DNA of 64,000 bases from a virus, in the IMG/VR virus record IMGVR_UViG_3300042505_001173, positions 1 through 64,000 of that record; one strand, written 5' to 3'. A program made the position numbers and the translations under genes. Under the pieces are notes generated by a model. That model saw nothing but the letters and a program-made list of their open reading frames with translations. It was not told where the DNA came from and ran no database searches. Every line of letters starts with the position of its first letter. Position 1 is the stretch's first letter. This document shows, in pieces, positions 31,125 to 41,519 of the stretch.

Positions 31125-32126
31125 ATGACAACATCAGCATATACAGTTAATTTTTCTGATACAAATAAAGCACCAATTGTAATTGAACCAAGTGAGTTAA
31201 ATTATGATACAACACTAACCTTATTTGGTAGGGATTCTACCTCTTGGGGAGCTCACTTCAACAACAACTTAGTTAAAATACTCGAAAATTTCTGCAATGA
31301 TTATGTACCTGGATATACAGGTCAAGTATTAGAAGGTCAATTATGGTATGATTCTGGTAATAAGCAATTAAAACTATGTACCGATTCAACAAATGTAGAG
31401 TGGATGCCTCTAACACGGATACCATCTCCAGAGTTAACAGGTATAGTTACTACATCTATATTAGATATTCGTTTAGCTGATTATATTCCGTTATCAGGTA
31501 ATCGTATTGCCATGACCGGTGAATTGTTAGCTGTAGCAATTGATGAATATAGTAACCCGTTATCAGTAGCTACAAAAAAATATGTAGATTCAATAGTATG
31601 TAAATGTGCTACTAGTGATGGCAATTGGGTTAATAATTATTTGAGTGATACTGGAGGTATCATATCAACTACTATTATTTTACCAAACAACATTACCAAT
31701 TTTAGCTACGCAGCTACAAACCTGTACGTTACATCGAAAAATTTTATTACAGATACACTTGCACCAGAGATAACGGTTGCTAATAATACAGTTGATGTTA
31801 CTAACAACCTATCAGGTATGTTTACTGGGTGGCCACCAGCTGGTACTGGCATCTACAAATACTATGGAACGATTATAATTCCAGGTACCACAGCACTAAC
31901 TCCACATGTATGTGTATGTACATTTACTGATGCTCTAGCAACAACATACAATGTAAATGTTTCAGGTACTATACTGAACAATAAAGATGTTGCAGGTACA
32001 ATCGATACCGGTTCAGCTTGTGATGCTTATGTAGATATTATTTCAGGTACCGAATTTCAAATTAAATGTTCAGCTAGCACATTTGCTCAATTGATTTATG
32101 TAACAGTATTTGGACATAAAGCTTAA
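31125..32126 (+). CDS. Short baseplate/fibre paralog 3
   Basis: TLTLFG...NLVKILENFC...EGQLWYD; ATKKYVD. Confidence 0.75.
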   Translation: MTTSAYTVNFSDTNKAPIVIEPSELNYDTTLTLFGRDSTSWGAHFNNNLVKILENFCNDYVPGYTGQVLEGQLWYDSGNKQLKLCTDSTNVEWMPLTRIPSPELTGIVTTSILDIRLADYIPLSGNRIAMTGELLAVAIDEYSNPLSVATKKYVDSIVCKCATSDGNWVNNYLSDTGGIISTTIILPNNITNFSYAATNLYVTSKNFITDTLAPEITVANNTVDVTNNLSGMFTGWPPAGTGIYKYYGTIIIPGTTALTPHVCVCTFTDALATTYNVNVSGTILNNKDVAGTIDTGSACDAYVDIISGTEFQIKCSASTFAQLIYVTVFGHKA

Positions 32127-32134
32127 AAATATTA

Positions 32135-32163
32135 TTGAAATATAAATGTAGATAATATATAAT
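32135..32163 (+). promoter_or_regulatory. Sigma70-type promoter for the NAD operon
   Basis: TTGAAA-N17-TATAAT. Confidence 0.75.
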
Positions 32164-32165
32164 AC

Positions 32166-32202
32166 AGGTCGGTAAGATAGACTTACCGACCTTTTCATTT
32201 TT
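32166..32202 (+). terminator. Hairpin plus U-rich tail in the nadM leader
   Basis: aggtcggtaag-ataga-cttaccgacct, 11-bp perfect stem, then tttcattttt. Confidence 0.7.
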
Positions 32203-32218
32203 AAAGAGGATTTCTTTA

Positions 32219-33259
32219 ATGACAAAAAAATACGATGTACTCGTCTACATTGGACGTTTCAGTCCAATTCATAACGGCCATATTGAAACTATCAAAACAG
32301 CCGCTAAACTTTGTAAAAAACTAATCATTATTGTTGGTTCATCTCATGGTCCAAGGACTATTAAAAATCCATGGACGTATGATGAACGAAGAAACTTCAT
32401 TATTACATCACTTGAAAATATTGATGATCCTGATGTAAGAGCACTTGACGTAGATATTCAGTCAGTTGTTGATTATTTGTATAATGATGAACGATGGGCT
32501 ACTCATATTCAAAATATTGTAAATTGCAGCTCAAATAGCGATAATATCGGTATCATTGGACATGAAAAAGACGAATCAAGTTATTACATTCATATGTTCC
32601 CACAATGGAAAAAACATCTGATTAATGCTGTTGAGATTGATAGTAAAGTTATCAACGGTACTGATATTAGAAAAGCGTTCTTTAATTATACGATTGAAAA
32701 ATTTGTAGAGTATTTACCTTATTCAGTTTATATTGATTTGTATACAAAATCGTCACTACCACCCTTTGTAGAATTGCGAAAAGAAAAAGAATATATTGAT
32801 CAATATAAGCAATCTTTTTCAATGTTACCTTACCCACCTATCTTTGTTACAACTGATGCTGTAGTAATACAATCAGGGCATGTTTTAATGATTGAGAGAC
32901 GTTCGTACCCCGGTAAAGGACTATGGGCATTACCAGGTGGTTTTGTTAACGCTGAGACAGATCGATCATTACAAGATGCAATGTTGCGTGAATTACGTGA
33001 AGAAACAAAACTTAAAGTACCTGATAAAGTATTGAAAGGTAGTATAGTTGATAAACGTGTATTTGATGCTGTTGGACGTTCATTACGCGGTAGAACAATA
33101 ACACATGCGTATCATATCAGATTACATGATGGTGAATTACCGAAAGTTAAAGGTAGTGATGATGCAGCGAAAGCAAGATTTATTCCGTTAAATGAAGTTT
33201 CAAGGTCTAATTGCTTTGAAGATCATTTTGAAATTATTTCTTGGTTTACAGGAGTTTAA
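32219..33259 (+). CDS. nadM: Bifunctional NMN adenylyltransferase / Nudix ADP-ribose pyrophosphatase
   Basis: GRFSPIHNGH, KNPWT, IGHEKD.SSYY; Nudix box WALPGGF...RELREET; GSDDA, FEDH. Confidence 0.95.
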   Translation: MTKKYDVLVYIGRFSPIHNGHIETIKTAAKLCKKLIIIVGSSHGPRTIKNPWTYDERRNFIITSLENIDDPDVRALDVDIQSVVDYLYNDERWATHIQNIVNCSSNSDNIGIIGHEKDESSYYIHMFPQWKKHLINAVEIDSKVINGTDIRKAFFNYTIEKFVEYLPYSVYIDLYTKSSLPPFVELRKEKEYIDQYKQSFSMLPYPPIFVTTDAVVIQSGHVLMIERRSYPGKGLWALPGGFVNAETDRSLQDAMLRELREETKLKVPDKVLKGSIVDKRVFDAVGRSLRGRTITHAYHIRLHDGELPKVKGSDDAAKARFIPLNEVSRSNCFEDHFEIISWFTGV

Positions 33260-33260
33260 T

Positions 33261-33535
33261 ATGTATAAATCAAACGAGTATAGTGATGGTTTTTCTGGGT
33301 TGATATTTGTTATATTTCTTGGCATTATAATTATCGGCTTTGCATATTTTTTTTTTCACCTAATACATCATCAACACCCACACCAACGTCATTAGAAAGA
33401 ATTCATTATATTCAAAATCTTTCCCGCGAAGAAGCTATTGATTTGTTACTAGTTGTATCAACGTATAGTGATTGCTATAGCTGTACAAAAATAATCAATA
33501 AAGCCATGGTCACTAATACAGGTAAACAAAAATGA
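33261..33535 (+). pseudogene. Membrane protein interrupted by a frameshift at a T10 tract
   Basis: Zero frame stops at 33395; the -1 frame from T10 (33347-33356) is open to a TGA overlapping the next ATG and resembles the next gene. Confidence 0.65.
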
Positions 33536-33753
33536 AAACGATATTAATTTTATGTTTACTGTTAGTAGGTTGCGATTCATTGACAACCTCGCCAGGACCA
33601 GATAGAGAGGTCGTAAGAATATCTTACATCAATAGTTTATCACCAGAAAAAGCAAAGGGAATCTTAATCGCGTGTGCAGATGCGCAGTGGCGCTATAATG
33701 TCATTGAAAAACATATGAAGTATGAGCAATATACCTATGGAGTACAAAAATGA
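33532..33753 (+). CDS. Small lipoprotein
   Basis: MKTILILCLLLVGC lipobox; ATGA-coupled to nadV. Confidence 0.75.
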   Translation: MKTILILCLLLVGCDSLTTSPGPDREVVRISYINSLSPEKAKGILIACADAQWRYNVIEKHMKYEQYTYGVQK

Positions 33754-35120
33754 AAAATTTGTTATTAAATTCAGATAGTTACAAATATTCAATGCATGTT
33801 CAATACCCACCTGGAACTGATTACGTATATTCATACATTGAATCACGTGGTGGTATTTACGACACGGTAGTGTTTTTTGGACTTCAGATGTTTATCAAAG
33901 ATTATTTGATGAACCCTATTACGATTGAAGATATAGATGAAGCTGAAAAAGTATTATTACCTCATGTTGGAGTTTTTAACCGTGAAGGTTGGGAATATAT
34001 TATAAAACACCATAACGGTAGATTACCAGTTGAGATTAAAGCTGTTAAAGAAGGTACGAAAGTACCTGTTAGTAATGTATTAGTATCGATTATCAATACA
34101 GATCCAAATTGTTTTTGGTTAACGACGTTTCTCGAAACAGCATTATTGCGTGCTATTTGGTACCCAACTACAATTGCAACTCAAGGTTATTATACCAAGA
34201 AGAATATCAAAAAATATTTGGATATGACAAGCGGTATTATTGGTGGACTTGATTATATGTTAATCGATTTCGGAAGTCGTGGAGTTTCTAGTTTAGAAAG
34301 CTCAGAAATCGGTGGAACTGCTCATTTATTAAATTTCAAAGGGTCTGATAATGTTTTAGCTATTGCGTATGCAAAGAAATATTATGGGTGCACAACAGCT
34401 GGCTATAGTGTACCAGCTATGGAACACAGTACTGTTACCAGTTGGGGAAGAGAAAATGAATTTGATTCCTACAATAATATGGTTGAAAAATATAAGGATT
34501 TTCCAATCGTAAGTTGTGTTTCTGATAGTTATGATATCTTTGAAGCATGCCATTATGTTGGCAAACATTTAAAAGATAAAATTATTGCTAATAACCAGAC
34601 CTATGTTATTAGACCTGATTCAGGTGATCCGGAAAAAGTAATTGTTGAATGTTTAGAGATTCTAAGTGGTTATTTTGAATGCAAAGAAAACCTTCATGGG
34701 TATAAAGAGTTATCTAATGTCAAGATATTATGGGGTGATGGCATTAATCATGATAGTATTGAACAAATCATGTATGTAGTTGCCATGGCCGGGTATAGCA
34801 TTAATAATTTAGTTTTTGGTTCTGGTGGAGCATTATTGCAACAAATGAATCGCGATACATTAAAGTTTGCTATGAAATGTAGCGCTATTAGAGTGAACGG
34901 TGTATGGAGAGATGTTTTCAAAAATCCTGTAACTGATAGTGGTAAACAATCTAAACGTGGAGCTGTAAAATTATATCAACATAAAATTGATAAAAAATTC
35001 GTTACAGCTGTTGGTGCACCATCACCTGATTATGAAGATGTTATGGAATTAGTGTATACAAATAATAGATTACACCGCGATCAAACATTAGATGAAATCA
35101 GATGTTTAGTAAATATGTAA
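33750..35120 (+). CDS. nadV: Nicotinamide phosphoribosyltransferase
   Basis: DSYKYS, IESRGG, DFGSRG, F.GSDN, SVPAMEHS, VSDSYD, IRPDSGDP, GDGI, FGSGGALLQ..NRDT.KFAMK. Confidence 0.95.
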   Translation: MKNLLLNSDSYKYSMHVQYPPGTDYVYSYIESRGGIYDTVVFFGLQMFIKDYLMNPITIEDIDEAEKVLLPHVGVFNREGWEYIIKHHNGRLPVEIKAVKEGTKVPVSNVLVSIINTDPNCFWLTTFLETALLRAIWYPTTIATQGYYTKKNIKKYLDMTSGIIGGLDYMLIDFGSRGVSSLESSEIGGTAHLLNFKGSDNVLAIAYAKKYYGCTTAGYSVPAMEHSTVTSWGRENEFDSYNNMVEKYKDFPIVSCVSDSYDIFEACHYVGKHLKDKIIANNQTYVIRPDSGDPEKVIVECLEILSGYFECKENLHGYKELSNVKILWGDGINHDSIEQIMYVVAMAGYSINNLVFGSGGALLQQMNRDTLKFAMKCSAIRVNGVWRDVFKNPVTDSGKQSKRGAVKLYQHKIDKKFVTAVGAPSPDYEDVMELVYTNNRLHRDQTLDEIRCLVNM

Positions 35121-35155
35121 CATCTATTCTAATCTTTGTTCTCCTTTGATCTCCC

Positions 35156-35204
35156 AAATGACAATTAGAAAATAATACATAGATATATCTTTTAGTTGTC
35201 ATTT
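35156..35204. terminator. Hairpin between convergent genes
   Basis: aaatgacaatta / tagttgtcattt imperfect inverted repeat. Confidence 0.5.
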
Positions 35205-35212
35205 AATCTCCA

Positions 35213-35872
35213 CTATTCTCCTTTAAATTCCAAATAAAATTTTTCTATTCTTTTATTCAATTCAGAGATATAATTATTTCTATTTTTAATAAAGACTTGA
35301 GGGTTCATTTGTCTTTCGACAGCTATAATAGTAACAATTTGCTCAACATCGATACCTGTACCTTCAAGTAACGCAAGTGAATAGAAAGTTTCTTGTAAGA
35401 AATAATCATTGCACATTTCATCTGTTTTTACATTATTAGAAGTTTTAAAGTCAATAATAGAAAGAAGACCTTTGTATTCAGCGATACAATCAACACGTCC
35501 TGCAACTTTAAGAGCGTCACTATATAAGCCAGCTTCTTGTATGGCGATATTATTGATATTTCTAAGGACATATTTTAATTTTTTGAACAATTTTATATCA
35601 AACGGTGAATATTCACCAATCTCAGTATTGTTTAAGTAATTTTCACACATAGCATGAACAGCTGTTCCACGATCTGCGCATCGTTTTGTTTCAACATCAG
35701 CAGCTTCTTCACCTAAGCGTTCTCTCCACTCGATTAGAAACTCTTTTGGTCCGTACCCTAAAACGGAAGTAATAGACGGGTATTCATTACCATTACAATT
35801 ATAGTGTCTGATCCCATGTTTGATATCAGTTGTAATTTCAGGTATTTGTATCGGTTTGTGATTAAATTTCAT
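35213..35872 (-). CDS. PD-(D/E)XK exonuclease (T4-like phage type)
   Basis: YPSITSVL, RGTAVH, AGRVDCI, IIDFKTS, YFLQ motifs. Confidence 0.9.
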   Translation of the reverse strand: MKFNHKPIQIPEITTDIKHGIRHYNCNGNEYPSITSVLGYGPKEFLIEWRERLGEEAADVETKRCADRGTAVHAMCENYLNNTEIGEYSPFDIKLFKKLKYVLRNINNIAIQEAGLYSDALKVAGRVDCIAEYKGLLSIIDFKTSNNVKTDEMCNDYFLQETFYSLALLEGTGIDVEQIVTIIAVERQMNPQVFIKNRNNYISELNKRIEKFYLEFKGE

Positions 35873-36021
35873 ATAATACCAACTTAGTCAAAATTGGTAT
35901 AATATAGTATTAAATTAGATATTCATACCTGTAAATCTAATGAATACGATTTTTAATTAACATAATCATTATGTTATTGTAAGATCTAACTATAATATCA
36001 TTTAAATTATCGTTACCTATG

Positions 36022-37704
36022 TTATTTACGTACACGTGTCTTATAGCGAGGGTATACATTACCTGAAGTCGGTCTTAACTTGTAATTAACTTTTGGGTAT
36101 ACGGTATTAGTTACTGGTCGTTCAGGGTATACATACAAATGCAAATTGGGTGCACCTTGTAGTTCACACATCCATCCTCCCGGTATACTAGCTAGTTGTT
36201 CTGTATTAGCTAGTTGATCAGGAATTGCATGTTTAGTAATATAAGCTAATGCATCTGCCTGTGTCATATTTGGATACATCTCCAAGGCGCATGCCAAAAC
36301 TCCACAAACCTGTGGTGATGCCATCGACGTTCCAGTATCTATTGAGTTCCCATACAATGGATTTCGTGGATTAAATATCATAAGACTGCTACCTGAATTG
36401 TAAAACTCCCTGGAACTAATTATTGTGGCACCTGGCGCAAAAACGTTAACTTTTGGACCACAACAACTCATAGTCCATTTAATCTCTGTATTGGTCGCCG
36501 CAAACGGAACGGGTACATAAGAATCAGTAGCGCCTACGCAAATAGCGCTAGGTGACGCTGATGGTACATGACCTCTATTATAGTAAATCTGACTAGTCGT
36601 ACCATCCTGTATGATTTTAACATAATTGTTATAATCCACGCCACCCGGTATATCTATTTTGGCGCCAGTGTTTCCAGCTGCTCCGACAATGATAATTCCT
36701 TCAGATATTGCATCTTCGATATCAGCTATCTCATCCGTATTTGATATTTGGATTGATACCGTTCCGCTATCCATTAGTAACCCAGCGGATCTACTTTCAA
36801 TATCTGTAACTGGATCAAACCCATTACCGATTAGGGATCCACGATAATTAAACTGCGTTACACCATTTGTACGTAGAATCCTACCAAAACTACAATTGCA
36901 TATGGTCGGGTTTTTAATACCTGTTAACGGATTGACTGGCTTTGAAGTATGAAACGCTCTAATGTAATCCCACATATGACTTCGGAGTGCAGGAAAGGTA
37001 TCATCGTTTGAGTTTGAATACGGACAAATATTAAAAATATTTGCATCTCTTGCCCACCCGTTTTCATTACCAGCTGCGATACCAGCGACATGACTCCCGT
37101 GACCTGAATTCACATCCCTTGAATAATTATAAGCTGTTGAGGTATTACCAGTTGGTTGAACTATTGGGTCTAGATTAAACCAATTAAAATGGTTAACTCG
37201 TGTACCACCGGTACCATCATTATTAATGCTGAATGATGGGTGGTTTGGTTCAAACAGTCCATCAACAATAATAACATCAACGTGTTTTCCACTTAAACTG
37301 CAAGAAACAGTTCCAACTATATCTTCTACTGCCCCGCCTGAGCGCCACTGCGGGGTTTGGTGTTCTTCTGTGCACCGTTTCAGCCCCCAGTTATACAACT
37401 GTTCGGTTGGAGTTACTTGATACCGTTTACTAAATTTTATTGATGGGGTCGTCCAGAGCGGGGTATCAGCAGGTATCATACTAACTGCTATTACGTCTAG
37501 CACTCTAGGATCTTTTTTAATCTCCTCTGCTTCAGCTGCCGTTAACATATAATGAGTATTCCGGCTAATTGGTCTCTTATGCGCTACAACTACTGCTCTG
37601 TCAGGAGTATACAGATTACCGCCTGGAGTTTCCATATCACTATAGAAACCCTCAAGGTCATCAAAGTTCTTTAATGTAACGACGTACTCTTCTAACTCTA
37701 CCAT
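36022..37704 (-). CDS. Subtilisin-like S8 serine peptidase, probably virion-associated
   Basis: VIIVDG (Asp), HGSHVAGIAAG (His), GAAGN, GTSMASPQV (Ser); coupled to a fibre gene. Confidence 0.9.
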   Translation of the reverse strand: MVELEEYVVTLKNFDDLEGFYSDMETPGGNLYTPDRAVVVAHKRPISRNTHYMLTAAEAEEIKKDPRVLDVIAVSMIPADTPLWTTPSIKFSKRYQVTPTEQLYNWGLKRCTEEHQTPQWRSGGAVEDIVGTVSCSLSGKHVDVIIVDGLFEPNHPSFSINNDGTGGTRVNHFNWFNLDPIVQPTGNTSTAYNYSRDVNSGHGSHVAGIAAGNENGWARDANIFNICPYSNSNDDTFPALRSHMWDYIRAFHTSKPVNPLTGIKNPTICNCSFGRILRTNGVTQFNYRGSLIGNGFDPVTDIESRSAGLLMDSGTVSIQISNTDEIADIEDAISEGIIIVGAAGNTGAKIDIPGGVDYNNYVKIIQDGTTSQIYYNRGHVPSASPSAICVGATDSYVPVPFAATNTEIKWTMSCCGPKVNVFAPGATIISSREFYNSGSSLMIFNPRNPLYGNSIDTGTSMASPQVCGVLACALEMYPNMTQADALAYITKHAIPDQLANTEQLASIPGGWMCELQGAPNLHLYVYPERPVTNTVYPKVNYKLRPTSGNVYPRYKTRVRK

Positions 37705-37705
37705 G

Positions 37706-40700
37706 TTAGCTTTCCAATTTAACTAAAGTTAAATACACTGTGAATGATCCTGAGGTGGTATTCGTGTTCGTAACAGCAAGTTCTATATCAGTTGTAGGTG
37801 TAGTCTCATCGTTAAACCCGACCACCCCTGGTGAAATCAACACTGGGGTATTTGATGTTGTAATCACTTCCGCTATAACACCGGGTGTCGATGGATCCAC
37901 TGTCAGGGCCCTGCTAGCATCTGCGGCTCTCGCTGACTTACTAGAGTAGATACGAACCCAAGCACCACCTACAGTGGAATTAGTACTAACTTTATATAGA
38001 GCATATCCTTTAAAGCCTACTAATGTTAAATTTGCAATTGCTCCAGCAGCGATTGTACCTGTGGTACCTTGAATAGTAGTTCTACTTGACGTACTTCCCC
38101 CACCACTACCAACTAGCGTTGATGGGTTAACCCATGTTAGACTTGTTCCTGTACTAGCTAACAAATAGTTATTAGCACCTAACGCAGTACCAGCTAATGA
38201 GGTACCGTTACTCGTAACAATACCTGCTGTAGGAGCTGTTAATCCACTACCAACCAACGTTGATTTATCAATCCAAGTGTAACCTGTATTAGTTGAATTT
38301 ATAGCTAATAATTGATCAGCGATACCGTTTGTACTTGATAAAACAGTTCCATTACTCGTAACAATACCTGCTGTAGGAGCTGTTAGTCCACCACTACTTG
38401 TTCCTGATCCTGAGGTAGCTGTAGCTGTAAGATAGTTATTTCGGTAAGTAATACTACCTGCACCTGTACCAGCCATTGTGATCGTGACCGGTACAGTTGA
38501 TACAGTCACCCTACCTGCACCTGACCATCCACTACCGGAGCTGTTAATATTACCTTCTGCTATTACTTCTGTACCGTTTTTAATCGTAAGAGATGCAATA
38601 CTCCAGGCCTGTGGTGTGGTAGACGCTGAACCGGTGCCGCCAGTTATCCAATAATCTACTGGTGTACCCGTAAGTGAAGCTGGAATTGTAATAGTAGCAA
38701 TAGTGGCAAGTGCAGTGTTTGTTTTTGTTGCAACGGTACTTTGAACCATCACTACAGCGCTCGCCCCCCCACTACCGCCACCACTACTGATACCAGTTAA
38801 AGTACCACCGACCGCTAATACCTCTATAAACATATCGGATACAGTCGCAACAGCTGTTGAAATACCACTTAACGCGCAGGTGTACTGTCCAGATAGATTC
38901 ATTGTATATGATGCCCCAGCTCGTAACGTTGTCATAAACGTTTCACTTGAACCTACTCTACGTATGGACGTTCCATTAATATCGACATATATGTAATGGA
39001 CACATATTGGTGCTGAACCTGTAAACTTTGTTTTAAAACCTACTGTAATACTTACCATAGTATCTACTGTTACCGCAGGTATCTGTAGCGATATCAATTG
39101 TGTAGGTGCACTCAGACTTGCATATGAAGAATTTGATCCATCATGTAGCAGCCATTGCGATCCAGTTTTTTCTGTCGTTTGTGTCGCAGGTAACGTTTTT
39201 GTACCTGGATCATGAACAGCAATAGCGTTAGAATTAATCATCGAAGATGATCCACCACCTAACTTAGATGGGTCAACCCATCTTAGACCTGCTCCTGTAC
39301 TAGCTAACAAATAGTTATTAGCACCATACGCAGTACCATTTAACGTAGTTCCTGTACTAGTTACAATACCTGCAGCGGGTGCGGTAAGACCCCCTACACC
39401 ACCCCCACCACCCGAGGATATCGGAATATCTGCAGCCAACGCTTTACCGTACACCAACCAATAAAAACCCGCTTCCCTCCCGTCATACCCACTCAAATCC
39501 TGTCTAAAATATTTTACCCCTGTGATATTCCCGTTCGTATCTGTGATTTCATCACATATCTGAAACTCTGAATCCCCGTAAATACTACCGGTCGTCGTTG
39601 TGGATGGCATGCGAACCGATGATGACCAACCATACAGACTATTAGCACTCATAGGTTTTGGTAGGGTTAACGTACGAACAATGTATGCAGTGTTGGGGGC
39701 CACCATCGCTACATAACCCCATTGCATTATAAACCCATTTGGAAAAATTTGATAACCTGGACTTTGCATTAACGAATTTAATCCTGATGGGCCAGAACCA
39801 GTTCCTGGAACCGCAACATGGTACTCTGACCATAATCTAATTTCACCGTTAGTGGCCGTGGCGTTTGGGTTCTCATACTTGTACGTTCCACCTGGGGGGA
39901 CAACAAACGTAATATTTTCTAACGCTTCGTTACTCGTCTCACCTACGTTGATACCATCGACAGTAACTTTATACCGGTTCGGAGTCGAATTTCCTAGTAC
40001 GATATTAACAATTCTATCACCGGTATCGTTGTTAGTATACGGTGTATTAGGGGTGCGAGAACTCATAACATTGACCCAAGAACCAACACCAACAACATTT
40101 GGAGTGCCACCACTCCCGCTTCCCACCAACGATGATTTAGCTACCCACTCAGGAACCCCGGTTGAATTTATTGTTAAAACCGTATCGTTATTTCCATTAG
40201 ACGAGGATATTGCTGTACCGCTACTATACAAGAACCCTTTTGGGTTAGATGTAGTTGTTACGAGTCCTAAACCACTCAACGAATTCCATTCATAGCTTAC
40301 CGTTGTACCCGTCAACTTCGTAGATAAAAGTTGTTTGTCAGACGCTCCAGCTAACCCAGAAACTGTGGTACCATTACCAACCAACACTCCCGTTGGGGTG
40401 GTTGACAACCAGCTCGGTAAATTATTTGGAACAGGTGGTGTGATCCATTCAAAACCATCTTTGCTTGAATTTATAGCTAATACCTGCCCGCTAGTATTTG
40501 AAGCATCAATTGGAATGCTACTTATTGGGTTTGTACCATCGCTCCATAAAACACCTAGACTGGGTTGAGTAGATACATTTAACCAAGCTGGTGTAGAACT
40601 AACTGTTGATACCTGACTAGTAACATAATCAGTCATGAATTTTTTATGAACTAACGTATAGTCATCACCACTAGCAGCATATATTGCATCAGAGGTGTAT

Positions 40701-41509
40701 TGAATTTTTGAAACTGAAATTCTGCGGTTATCATTATCAAAAACACCTTCACGTAAATATCTTTGATCAGCATAACCTCTCGTTACAAAATAATTATCAA
40801 ATGCAGGTGTATTACCACTAGGTACGTTACCTGCAGCAGGTATAAAATTATCCAACGAACCAAGTAATGGTTTTGTTGCTATCATACTACCATCAACTTG
40901 AACATCTATACTTAATGTATCAACAATACCTACGAGATCATCTACATATTTTTTAGTTACTAAAGCAGTTGTATCACCTGAGACGAAAGTAACATCTGTA
41001 CTATATTTCAATTTATATTTTGATAATGCATCTGTACCAGCAACAAAATTACCACGTGGTAAATAATGACTATCAGAATAGCCTTTTGTCACAAAATAAT
41101 TATCGAACGCACTCGTATCACCAGTAATATTATTATCTGCTAATGAGGTGATTAGAGGAACAGTTAAACTGCTTGAACCGTTAAATGGACTAACTAACGC
41201 CCATTCAGGACTATATGGAGCTGCACTTGAAAGTCTACGAACTTTTAACGATTGCGACGTAGTATCAAACCATAATTGACCTAACGTGCTATGAGTTGGT
41301 CCTTGTGCACTACAGAAATTTTCAAGCATATGTACTAAATTAGTCCATAAAGCTTCACCGAACGGTGCAGTATTCATACCATGTATCGTTAACGTGGTTG
41401 ATGTAGTGTCTATAGTTGTAGGACCAACAGTAAATTGTGGTTTTACAATAGCTCCAGTTATACCTGTATCGGCGTCTGAACTAAATTTAATTGTATACGT
41501 ATCTGTCAT
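37706..41509 (-). CDS. Mosaic long tail fibre protein
   Basis: ENFC...GQLWFD N-domain, YFVTxGY repeats, PGYQIFPNGFIMQWG module, three GLTAP.AGIVTS repeats, C-terminal AWVRIY...GVIAEVITT domain. Confidence 0.8.
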   Translation of the reverse strand: MTDTYTIKFSSDADTGITGAIVKPQFTVGPTTIDTTSTTLTIHGMNTAPFGEALWTNLVHMLENFCSAQGPTHSTLGQLWFDTTSQSLKVRRLSSAAPYSPEWALVSPFNGSSSLTVPLITSLADNNITGDTSAFDNYFVTKGYSDSHYLPRGNFVAGTDALSKYKLKYSTDVTFVSGDTTALVTKKYVDDLVGIVDTLSIDVQVDGSMIATKPLLGSLDNFIPAAGNVPSGNTPAFDNYFVTRGYADQRYLREGVFDNDNRRISVSKIQYTSDAIYAASGDDYTLVHKKFMTDYVTSQVSTVSSTPAWLNVSTQPSLGVLWSDGTNPISSIPIDASNTSGQVLAINSSKDGFEWITPPVPNNLPSWLSTTPTGVLVGNGTTVSGLAGASDKQLLSTKLTGTTVSYEWNSLSGLGLVTTTSNPKGFLYSSGTAISSSNGNNDTVLTINSTGVPEWVAKSSLVGSGSGGTPNVVGVGSWVNVMSSRTPNTPYTNNDTGDRIVNIVLGNSTPNRYKVTVDGINVGETSNEALENITFVVPPGGTYKYENPNATATNGEIRLWSEYHVAVPGTGSGPSGLNSLMQSPGYQIFPNGFIMQWGYVAMVAPNTAYIVRTLTLPKPMSANSLYGWSSSVRMPSTTTTGSIYGDSEFQICDEITDTNGNITGVKYFRQDLSGYDGREAGFYWLVYGKALAADIPISSGGGGGVGGLTAPAAGIVTSTGTTLNGTAYGANNYLLASTGAGLRWVDPSKLGGGSSSMINSNAIAVHDPGTKTLPATQTTEKTGSQWLLHDGSNSSYASLSAPTQLISLQIPAVTVDTMVSITVGFKTKFTGSAPICVHYIYVDINGTSIRRVGSSETFMTTLRAGASYTMNLSGQYTCALSGISTAVATVSDMFIEVLAVGGTLTGISSGGGSGGASAVVMVQSTVATKTNTALATIATITIPASLTGTPVDYWITGGTGSASTTPQAWSIASLTIKNGTEVIAEGNINSSGSGWSGAGRVTVSTVPVTITMAGTGAGSITYRNNYLTATATSGSGTSSGGLTAPTAGIVTSNGTVLSSTNGIADQLLAINSTNTGYTWIDKSTLVGSGLTAPTAGIVTSNGTSLAGTALGANNYLLASTGTSLTWVNPSTLVGSGGGSTSSRTTIQGTTGTIAAGAIANLTLVGFKGYALYKVSTNSTVGGAWVRIYSSKSARAADASRALTVDPSTPGVIAEVITTSNTPVLISPGVVGFNDETTPTTDIELAVTNTNTTSGSFTVYLTLVKLES

Positions 41510-41519
41510 TTGTTATTCC

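Noticed and set aside
33261-33753. Spanin pair (Rz/Rz1)
   Set aside because: TM protein plus lipoprotein fits superficially, but they resemble each other, lack a long coiled coil, sit in an early NAD operon and have no lysis genes nearby.
35213-35872. Cas4 / CRISPR adaptation gene
   Set aside because: Lacks the C-terminal cysteine cluster; no cas genes or array; matches ordinary phage exonucleases.
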